Part shown: in pieces, positions 11,604-22,173 of the stretch
Position numbering within the stretch: position 1 is the first letter of the stretch
Layout: every line of letters starts with the position of its first letter
Origin: Phaeosaccion multiseriatum
Lineage: Eukaryota; Protista; Ochrophyta, other classes
Assembly: GCA_965112735.1 (NCBI GenBank)
Contig: OZ218964.1
Coordinates: 930,001-994,000, forward strand
DNA: 64,000 bases
Direction: 5' to 3'
Position numbers and translations under genes: made by a program
The notes under the pieces: model-generated
What the model saw: only the letters and a program-made list of their open reading frames with translations
The model's database searches: none
What the model was told of the DNA's origin: nothing

Positions 11604-13184
11604 GGGTGAGGACGGAGAGAGAGAGAGAGAGAGAGAGAGGAAGGGAAAGAGAAAGAGCCGCCGAAGAAAGAGTTTTTAACTCCTACGCGAACCTCCCGAG
11701 TCTGAAGGGAGAGGGATGGGTGGTCAGCAGGCACCAGCCACCACCACCAGCGGCAGAAGCAGCTTGAGCTGTCGACATGGGCTTCAATCTGGCCAGGAGC
11801 GTGATCGCATTGTATGCTACTGCTCATCTCTGCCGGTGCTGAGGATGGCCTCCATTGCGCCCCTTGAGCCAATGTTGGCTTGGCGGACATCGTTTTGGGC
11901 GCTTTCCGTGTCATCAAAGACTGGATGATCATCATGCAGTAGAGCAGCAGCTGCCGTCGGGTGGCACTCACTCCAGCCACGTGGATGACACATATGTCAA
12001 CAAGAGGCCACACCCCTCCCTCTTTCACTTCACCGTCACGCAGCTGCTGCTGACCTCGGGGGGCAGAGATACGACTTTGCACCCGGCGACGAGTTCTTCC
12101 CTCCTTTGGCCGGCGAGTACACATGGTCAAGAGTAGGGTTGGAGCAGCTCATGCACAGTCGCTTGTTGGCGTCCATAGCCGACACTGTGCGGAGAGGAGG
12201 AGGGGCGAATTGCGGTTATGCCGGCGTCGGTGGGGCGCGCACACTGAAGGGGTGTGCGAAAGCTGCTCCAAGGCGTTGCACCACACCAGTGAATGCGCTG
12301 CATCAGTGGTACCAACGGGTTATGTGTATCGCTCCGAGTGGCCATGCTCGTGTGGTGGAGGAGCTTTCTTCAGGAGGTGTTATGAGAGATGAAGAGTCTC
12401 TTTTGTCTTCTTTGTCTTGTAGTCTACTGGAGCGGATCCTGATAATGATGAGGTCTTGGTCTCTCGTGGGACAGCCTCGCTTATTGTGGCAAAAGGGGCC
12501 CACAGCGGAGCGGCACTGGAGCTGCTTTAAGAGGGGCCTCGCTCGTAAGGGCTCTGACTCTCAAGCCCCCGAGCGCTCAACGACGAACCAGTGATCCGCT
12601 TCTTTCTGGCCGCGGACAGACAGCGTTGGACCTGGTACGGGGCACGGACCCTCTCTTTGGCAGCAAGGAAGGGAGGCGGAAGGTCTCGCAGAGAGAGTTT
12701 AGCCCTAGGGTACCGCAGGATGTGGCGTCTGAAGATGATGAAGATGGCATGAAAGGAGCGCCCCTTGTCTGCGGTGTGATGAGGGCGTTTGGGGATGGGT
12801 GACGAGGGGGACATGCATCCACTCCGGGGCATGGCTCAGCTACCCCCCTGGAGGTGCAGCTCGGTCTCATCGACTTGGAGACGTAGGGAGAGGAAAGCAG
12901 GTGTGGCAGACAGGCAGGCAGGCAGGAGGAAACGGTTCCCTCCGGAACAGGTGTGATGGTGCGCCTTCCTTTCCTTTCCTTCCTTTCCTTTCTGTAGAGA
13001 TACGATTTGATTGATTTGACTTGACTCAGCACCCGAATACACCCATCACCACACGCACCATGCACCATGTAGCATTACAGCACACATGTATGTTGTACAC
13101 GGCAGTCCTTTCTCATAACAACCCCCTCTGGAGGTCTTACGTGCTCAAACCATTTTATTCTCTTTAGCCCCTTAGGTCCTTCAG

Positions 13185-14082
13185 CTATCTCCTCTTGAGC
13201 GCTCTGAAGTGGCGCTTATCTGCCCAGCGCAACCCCCAGTCCGTAACCGCCACTCCTATGCCCCGCATCGCCAGTCTCCCCCTGTGCTGAACCGCGTCGG
13301 AGAGGTAGCACGTCTCGCTGCAGTACGCCGCCGCACGCGTCAGTCTACATCGCCGCAGCAGCCCTGACCCGCCTCCACCGCAGGAGGTGCATTTGAGGAG
13401 AGACAGACCCTTCACAGACTTGTTGCTTGTGCTTGGGCTACTTGATGCACTCCTACCACCACTGCCACCACTGGTGCCACTGCCCCACTCTGTCTTGGCG
13501 GCCTTCTTGTCAAACACCATGAGCAGGTTGGCCGTGTTGGTGAAGGAGGGTAAAGGCACCTGCAGCAGGCAGGGGGGGTGAGGAACGCCGGAAGGGCGGG
13601 TCGTGAGACGTGAGAGGTGGGAGGTTATGCGTGGGGTGGGTACCGTAAGCCGCTCGGTGCTCTCCCTCCAGATAGTGCCGCAGTGCGTACCTAGGGCCTA
13701 CTTCACTGCCTCAATCCCTGTATCACCAACTGCCCCACACCTCACTCCATGTATCACCAACTGCCTCACTGCCTCAATGCCACACCTGCTCCGTGAGGGT
13801 CCACTTGTCAGTCAGCTCCTGCTCGAACGCTGCTGTGCCCGTATCCCCCCGAATCTCCCCAATATACAGAAACCGCTCTCCCCGAAACCGCCTGAGCATT
13901 TCCAGCGCCATGCCCCCGGTGGGAGGGGGATAGCAGCAGAGCAGCACTCTCTTCTGCGCGGTGAGGAGTGCCTCACACCCCCCCTGCCAGCAGGGACACA
14001 CACATACGTACCAGGAGAGAGAAGGGAGGGAGAGAGAGAGAGAGAGAGAGATAGGGAGACAGCGAGGCAAAAAAGGGGGAGG

Positions 14083-14118
<36 letters not shown>

Positions 14119-14164
14119 TCAAGCAGACATACAAGACGGAAGAGCTAAGGCTGACTTACGGGTG

Positions 14165-14206
<42 letters not shown>

Positions 14207-16182
14207 CCCTTTCTCGTCTCAAAGGGCACAGAGCCGAAAGCATGCCTGCCACAAGAGTTCCATGGAGGACAGAGCAGGGGGCACCCTCACCTGTGCTACG
14301 GACGACCACCCCGGGGAGTGTCCATGGTACTCATTCATCCTCTCCCTCTTCATCCCCCTTAGACCGCCCTTCTGGTTGCTCTTGTTGCCCTTCTTGCCCA
14401 TTCCTCCTCCCAAAGGAGGGGAAGAAGAAGAAGAAGAAGAAGAAGAAGAAGAAGAAGAAGAAGAAGAAGAAGAAGAAGAAGAAGAAGAAGCCGAAGAGGC
14501 AGCGGGGCAGGGGCACGGGTCCTTGTCCACAGCGAGAATGTCCAGTTTGTCCACTTGAACTTCACCAGGTTGGGTATTCTGGAGGGCCCATTTCCAGTAC
14601 CCCAGACCTGCACCTACTTCCACCAGGAGACCTTTGTTTTCCCCTGCCGCTGCAGGTGGCGACGACGAGGATGCCAAAGAGGCACACCTGCGAATGGTCT
14701 GCAGTGCCCTTGCGTTGGGCACGGCGAAGGCCATGACCCTTGCCGACCAGTCGCGTACACTATCGCAGCGCTGGCGCAGGGCCGGGGGGAGCATAGGGTC
14801 CGCCCCCCGCATCGAGGCTTCCACCTCGCACGCCTATCCGCGCACACACACACACATACACATACACACACAGAAAGAAGAGGAAGAGAGAGAGGGGTGC
14901 GAAGATTAGTCGAATACTCTCAACGCCGCATGCCCACTCTCTGTACACTACATCAGCTATACGTGATCGAACCGAATCCCCTAAGAACCCAAGTGAAGGA
15001 AGGTCGTGATGAGATGCAAGTGGCCCAAGGACATCTATCCATTCTGTGCTCTTGTGCCCTACCCTGCCCTTTTCTGTGACCAGCGCCACCACTGACCTGC
15101 AACTCTCGCGTGAGGCTGGCATCGTCCGCAAACCACTCATGCACGTGAAACACACTCGTCATCTCCACCCATGTGGCCTGCAAAAGCGCCAGCAGGGGGT
15201 TTTCCTGCGCGGGGAAACGCAGCTCCAACCCACTCCCACTCAGGCGAAGGTCGAACTCGCTTTCCAGCTGCTGCTGGAGCGAGGGGCACCTCCTGAAGAC
15301 CTCACACTCGAGCACTTGCTCGGCCGCGGGGAGGGCGCTGGCCAGGCTGCAAAAGTAGGTGGCAGGGGCGGCCACTCCCCTCACTGACTGCTGCTGCGGG
15401 GCGGACCCACCCGGCGTGGCAGTGAGGGCGGAGTAGTAGACAACCCAGTACGCGAGGTCTAGCTGGGTGACTATGGACATACGCATCTGCTGCTGCTCTT
15501 GTTGTTGTCTGCCTGTGTCACTGCTGAGCAGAGCGAGGGCTTGGCTGAGGCAATCGAGCACCAGCCTCGCGTCATACAGCTCGCTCGTTAGAGCTTGTGC
15601 CTGGCGCTGTGCGGTGCGCAGGTAAGGCTCAATCTGGTCCCTCCCCCCCCCGTCTAGTGGCCTACAGCAGAGCAGCCTGGCGTTTCGAACAGCGCAAAAG
15701 ATGCTGCAGAGCGACGCAGATGAGGAAGGTCGGGCAGGCGGCGAAAGGGAGTGCGCGGAGGCAGGATGATTGCACGTGCAAGAACCTCCGTCGGCTGCCG
15801 AGAAGGAGGGGCAGGAGCACCCATCATTCCAGCACTGAGTCAACCTCACACCGTCACTGCCGCCCTGACTTTTCAGGAAGCGAGCGAGTATCTGTGATGG
15901 GGTCTGTCCCCGCCGCGGTTCGGTGGTCAGCTTAGCTCTTGCGGCGTCTCTCTTTTCTCTCGGTGCACCTGCCCCCTCTGAGGTATTCTCCGAAGCCCTC
16001 TTCCTCTTCTTGCTCCCCGAAGCGACCGTGGGCTTCCTCTCGGGCTGCTTCTGCTGCCCTTGCTGCTCGTGCTGGTGCTGATGTCCTTGCTGTTTCTTCC
16101 GTCTCTTTTTCTTTTTCTTCTTGCCGTGTTCATTAGGAGTTGGTCTCTCCTTATGAGTTGTTGGTTTCTCTTTGTGCGCCAT
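13185..16182 (-). CDS. SAM-dependent methyltransferase-like protein with N-terminal basic/Cys-His region and C-terminal MYND-like zinc finger
   Basis: Exons approx. 16182-15097, 14833-14291, 13983-13786, 13559-13185. Motif I VEVGAGLGYW, LLCCYPPP, YIGEIRGDTG; C-terminus CTSC...RRC...YCSETC...H. Confidence 0.7.
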
Positions 16183-16348
16183 CTCTACTAGTAGGGCTGT
16201 GTGGTGGCGGAGGGAGGAGAGAGGAGAGAGAAAGAGAGACAGCAGTGGGAAAGTATTGCGGTTGGTGATTCGACGTCGCCATTCTCGATCTCGGATCTCG
16301 TCGTGCCCAAAGCGGCCGGCGCCATCCCTTCTTGAAAGGCCACAAAGG
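16183..16348. promoter_or_regulatory. Probable compact bidirectional promoter (166 bp between divergent ATGs)
   Basis: Divergent start codons at 16182 (-) and 16349 (+). Confidence 0.55.
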
Positions 16349-17650
16349 ATGTGCCGCCTGGTACAACTCGTCTTATGCCTGCTGGCTCTTTCGGGACGGG
16401 TTTTGGCTGACACAGCCTTTAGGAGGAGGAAAGCGCCGCCCACACGAACGAAGAAGGTGTACGATCAAAGCGTCCGGGCCTTCGACCCCTCTGGCAGTAT
16501 ATATCAGGTGAGAAAACACTCAGGACAAGGAGAGCGGACTCATGTGTTTATGACTCCCACATTCCCGTTGTTCCCCTCCTGACGCAAGGTCGAGTATGCC
16601 AGTCAGGCAGTGAGCAAGGGCAGCTTGGCGCTTGGGATCCAAGTGAAGCGTGGAGTGGTGCTGGCTGCGTGTGTGCGCAAGCACTCGCCTCTGCTGAAGC
16701 AGGACAGCATAAGCAAACTCGTCAAGGTGGATGAGCACGTGTTCTGCGCGCTGTCTGGGCTGTTGCCAGGTAGAAGAAACCAGTCCTGCCTCGCGTCATA
16801 GAATAAGGAAGAGCAGAGTGAATGGATGAAGTAAGGAAGCGTGTAATGAGGTTTGGCCCTTGTCCACCCTCCCCCCTTCTGCTACTCACTACCTTGCACC
16901 TATGGTCTCTGCCCTCGTGTGACGGCTGCACCATGCACACCAGACGGCCGTATCCTCATCGAGCACGCCCGGCAGAAGCTGGAGGACCACTGGTTCGAGT
17001 ACGATGAGCGGCTGGGCACCGAAGCAGTGGCAGCGTGTCTCTCGGACGTCATGCTCCGCTTCAACGCATACGGCAACGGGGAGGAGGAGGAGCAGAATAG
17101 TAAGAAGCAAGCCTTCGCTCGACCTCTGGGGGTAGGGCTTCTCTTGGCAGGATGGGATGATGACTACCAGCAGCAGCAGCAAGTGTCACCATCGTCGTCC
17201 TCACCCGCCGGTGCTGATGTGGGGGCGCGGGGCGGTCCGTCGCTGTACTCGCTGCTACCCTCGGGGAGCTACACTCGCTGGCGTGCTCGGGCCATCGGCC
17301 AGAACAGCGAAGCGGCGGAGGAGAAGCTCCGAGAGCTTTGCGACGACGACGCGACCATAGAGGAGGCTATGGTGACAGCCATGGGCGTGCTCGAGAGGAC
17401 TCAGGGGCACGGACCCGGGCAGAGTGAGGCCGACTTCGATCCGTTGCTTGTGCGCATGGTTGTTCTGGAGACGCCTTCGCAGCAGGATGGGGAGGAGCAG
17501 CAGGGGCTGGGGCAGGGGAAAGGGCTACCCGCGGATGGGGGGCGGCGGCGACCTGCTTTTCGAACAGTGGACAGCGAAGAGCTCTGTCGCCTTGCGGACA
17601 AGGCTAGGCTCCAGAGAGAAGGGGAGAAGGGGAAGGTCCCCTCCACGTAG
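16349..17650 (+). CDS. 20S proteasome alpha-type subunit with N-terminal signal peptide (candidate periplastid-compartment protein)
   Basis: Exons 16349-16507, 16589-16769, 16944-17650. Alpha signature YDQSVRAFDPSGSIYQVEYA, KLVKVDEHVFCALSGLLPDGR, RPLGVGLLLAGWD, PSGSY..WRARAIG, preceded by hydrophobic MCRLVQLVLCLLALSGRVLA. Confidence 0.88.
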
Positions 17651-17912
17651 GGAGAGAGAGAAGAGAGGGCACATGCTCTTCTTACTCTTGTCGTGCACCG
17701 CTGCTGGGGACTCACGGGCCCTCCCTAGCGACTGTAGCGACTGGGGAGTAGACATACTGTCAGCTCTGTAGAGGAGACAGGCTGCTTGTGGTCTATTGCA
17801 GAGGAAACTCGTCTCGGAGTGGAAACCGTCGCCCGCCACCCGGCTTCCAATGCTGTCGCAAGAGGTTGCTCCCGGCTTGTGGGGCACTAGAGCCAGCAGC
17901 GGTAACAGCAAC

Positions 17913-17946
<34 letters not shown>

Positions 17947-18246
17947 ACAAGAGGAGGAAAGGAAGGTCTAAGCCCAGGTGCCTGAGAGCGAAGGCCCTCA
18001 CTGTGTCTTGACTGCTTTGCTTGTCGAACGCTTCCTCCCTCGCTCAACCATGACTGGAGACGAGTGTGGGAGAAGTAAGGAAGGAGGGAGGGAGGGAGGG
18101 GGGGCAGAAGCGTCGATGGATCTGTGGGGGGTCTCGCTGATGACACCCCTCCGCCCCACGACCTTTGCAAGAGAGGAGAGAAGGGGCAGGGTACACGTCC
18201 GATGGTATGTGGCACGAGGCACGCACACACACATGCACACACATAC

Positions 18247-18312
<66 letters not shown>

Positions 18313-18859
18313 ACGTCCTCAGCTCTGGGGCGGACGGATGTGCCTCATTCCTGCCCACTGCCCTTTTGCCTTTCTCTCTGCACGGCCAAGGGAGGCGGAT
18401 GGGTAGGGCGAGAGAGACAGGGAGGGAGGGTGGGCGGAAGGGGAAGGGATGGGATGGCAGTGGATGGGAAGGGGGAGGGGGCGTTTGCAGTGCCATTCCC
18501 CGAGCCGCGATGGTCCCTACACAACCCCCGGCCGGGCAAAGGAAGACAGAGAGAGAAGAGAATAGCTCCGGAGGGAGAAGGCTTTCTCGCTTCCACGGAA
18601 GACTCTTGTCGACGATCGATACAGTCGTGGCGGGTTGATATTTATCAAAAACTTATCTGTTAAATCTACGTGTTTGGTGTGAGCTCAATCAGCCCAAACC
18701 TCCTCCGAGAATTAATCCCACCCACCAGCAGTTGGAAACTTTTCGTTCTTTCCGTCGCCGCTGCTGCATCGTCCGCACACCTACACCTCTGACAGACTTG
18801 CACGATGACTAGCACCCTCTTCTTCCTCTTCCGCCTCATCATCCTCGTCGTCGTCGTCG

Positions 18860-19021
18860 TCCTCCCCTCCTCCTCCTCCTCCTCCTCCTCCCCCTCCTCC
18901 GTCCTCCTCCCTCCTCCTCGTCCCCCTCCTCCTCCTCCTCCTCCTCCTCCTCCTCCTCCTCCTCCTCCTCCTCCTCCTCCTCCTCCTCCTCCTCCTCCTC
19001 CTCCTCCTCCTCCTCCTCCTC
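18860..19021 (+). repeat. (CCT)n microsatellite
   Basis: Direct inspection. Confidence 0.95.
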
Positions 19022-19125
19022 CCCAGCAGCGCCCCGTCCTCTCACCGAGCCTCTACCACTCCCCAGCACGCGCCCTCTCCCTTATGTCATACAGAGCGAC
19101 TGCACCTCCACACGAACGAACGGGG

Positions 19126-19220
19126 TGGTGATGACTGGTCATGGCTAGTGATATCCAGTGATGGCTAGTGATAACCAGTGATGACTAGTGATGACTAGTG
19201 AAGATTAGTGGTGACTAATG
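19126..19220 (+). repeat. 10-bp period degenerate tandem repeat (ATGACTAGTG-like, about 9 units) abutting the CRT-like stop codon
   Basis: atgactggtc atggctagtg atatccagtg atggctagtg ataaccagtg atgactagtg atgactagtg aagattagtg gtgactaatg. Confidence 0.85.
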
Positions 19221-20385
19221 AGAGAAGCTCTGAGGGCGACTTGATGGGGTAGTGATGACCTCTGCCTGCGGCTGTCCGTCCATGTGGTAGACAACCAACC
19301 CCTGCACCACCAGGGCAGCGCTCACCATGGCACACAGATTCAGGCTCGAGCTCAGATCCTGCGGGTCGGACAACAAGGAAGGGAAGGGAAGGGAAGGGAA
19401 GGGAAGGGAAGGGAAGGGAAGAGAAAGGACGGGAATTGGTTGTATTGGTGGTGGTTGGGGACGAGGGGAGGGAAATAATGTCAGCACTGTTCAGCACCTC
19501 TACTCCTCCCCCCCGTCCCTCTCATCTGTCTGCTTACAGACACCACCGCAACTCACTCACTCACTCACGCACTCACCCCGACTACCCAGCTGTAGCCACA
19601 GAGAATAACAACGGATGTGACAACACTCAGAATGACTGTCCGATCAATGTAACGGATGTTCTCGGCAATCTCCACGAGGTAAGTCATACAACGTGTGAGC
19701 AGGAGCGCCGAGCACACGTAAGCAAGCACCAGCGGCAACGCGAACGCACACTCGGTCTGAGAGAGAGTGGGGGGGGAGGGGGGGTGAGAGTGAGAGAGGG
19801 AGAGAGAGGCAGAGAGGGAGAGAGAGAAAGGGGGAGAGGAAGAGAGAGAGATAACCTTTTTGTCCCCCAAGTTTCCGTTTCGCAAGCGCGCCCTCAAAAT
19901 TTGTCCATTCCCCCCACCCCCCCGGACGCTTTCCTCACCTCTGGAGCGTCATTGCTCCCTGAGGAGCCCAACCAGCACTTCCAGCCCTGCCTGTTGCTCT
20001 TCCACAGCTCGTGCCAGAAGGCTTGCTCGGATGACTGTCGGAATAGAGGACAAGCCAGGGGATGGGAACATCGGTCAGAGAGAGAGAGAGGGACAGAGAG
20101 AGAGGCATGCCACATTGCAGCTACGTTAGAGCCCCTCCTCTTTGCTCTCCCTCCCTCCCTCCCTCCCTCCCTCCCTCCCTCCGTCCCTTACCCAGCTGTA
20201 GCCTCTGAGCAGGAAGCAGCAAGGAGTGACAAGCAGCACAAAGAGCAGTTGGAAGCATAGCACGCGTAGGTTGAGGTCGTGGGGGTCCACGGGTCGTCCG
20301 TACGCAGTCAGCACCGCTTCTTTGAAAACCGACGACACCGCCACAGGTACGCACGAGCCCAGGTACACGAGCGCCATCCACACTA

Positions 20386-20457
<72 letters not shown>

Positions 20458-21863
20458 GTGTGTGTGTGTGTGTGTGGAGGGGGGGGGTACGTAAACGTCA
20501 GAAGACCATTAAAAAGAGAGGAAGAACGACGGAGAAAGGAGAGGTGGTGCCGTCAGCCATGGGAAGGATTTGCGGAGGGAAGAGAACAAAGCACACTGAA
20601 CCTCCCACCTGCGTCCTTTTCGGCCTTGCACTTTGTCGCGTCTGCCTCTGTGAGCAGGTGAGGATCTACAGAGCACTTGTGATGCTCTGATCCCCAAAAG
20701 AAGACTCCCAGCGACGGTATTAGGGCTATCACCATCGCCAGCAGCATGAGCTGAGAGCCGATCCAATGTTTGAGAGAGTAGCTGACCGGACGGAGCAGGG
20801 GCAGGGACGCGGGAGGGTCGGGACAGTGGAAGAAGAACGGGTAAACGGTATGGAAAGAAGAATAGGCTGAAAAAAGGGGTGTGGGTGAGTAGGTGGGCCC
20901 GGGACCCCCATTCTCTGCCCCCAATTCGACTCACCTGGTGCCCCTCCACCCCCAGGACAGCATCATGGACAGAGGCACAGAAGCTTGCAGCAGGAGCACC
21001 GTGAGAGAGGCGGGCACCAGCGAAGCCGAGATGGTGAGCATGAGCAGCTGCAGCGTATCTAGAGCCGCCATGACCACCACCAAACCGGTGGGGAAGCCCT
21101 CCTGGTGGTCAGTCGACAAGCAACAAGGGCCAGGCAGCCACTCAATTATGTCGATTGGACGGGGCAACTTCAGTCGTTGGACACCACGCCGTCATTCATC
21201 ATACTACCGTATACGTAGCCCCTTCATTCCATTGCAAGCAACTAACCTTAACTAACGAACTGAGTGACTAACTAAGTGACTGACTGACCATGACGGGAAT
21301 GATGTCTCCCCTTGCGTACTTTAGCATCACCACGGCGGCCATGAAGACCAAGTAAGCGAGCACGACCGCCTGCGTGAGGGACAGGTAGCGGGTCCCCATC
21401 CTATCCACTAGCAGCTTGAAGAATAGACGCTCCGACGCTCCCAGAGCCACGCAGCACGCACATATCCACAGGACCCTCCAGTTCAAGGCTTGCTGGTGGG
21501 GGGGGAGAAACGGCGCGGGTTTGTGTGTGGTTGCTGGAGGAAATGGTTGCAGAGGAAAAGGGAGGAGAGCTTTTGAACCCAAACTTCACTGCAAATCTGC
21601 CTTGCTTTTGTCTCCAAACGCTTCTGTACCTTCTTCCTTGCTGGCCCTCTACCCGTGGATCCTGTGCTAATCCGCCGACGGAATCGGCTAGCGGGCTGAG
21701 CCGGAGGTCCTAGCTCGGTGCCACCAGACCCTCCGTTGAGACTCGGACGAAGAGGGGTGCGCTCCCCCCTCAAGTTGCCGCTAGACCCCCTCTTGGGAGT
21801 TGCACGCAGAGGAGTGCGCTCCCCTCTCTCTTCCTCGTTGTCTCGCGAGAACAGGAACGACAT
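19215..21863 (-). CDS. Chloroquine-resistance-transporter-like (CRT/CLT, DMT superfamily) multipass membrane protein
   Basis: About 8 exons with GT-AG boundaries giving roughly 10 hydrophobic helices. ERLFFKL, AALDTLQL...LTVLLLQASVPLSM and SCVPVAVSSVFKE resemble CRT-like family motifs. Confidence 0.72.
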
Positions 21864-22173
21864 CAGGCTGCTGTGGCTGCTTCTGGACAACACGTCGGTG
21901 GGGCTACTGCCTGCCTAAGTCACCTCTTGACAGCAGCAATGGCGCGCGTACGTTTTTTCAAATACACCTCCACCCAGATTATGCGGAAGCTTGCGTGTTG
22001 GTGGTTCGCGTACTTGGCAACTACTAATCGACACATGATCGATCCTCCAACCCTTCCCCCCAGGCTCTCTTCTTCCGGTGAAAGAAGTGCTCTGCAGTAA
22101 GGAGGACCTTGATTGTGCCACAGCTTGGCGTCAGCGAATATCCAGGCGCCTCTGCTCCCTCGCACGAGCTAGA

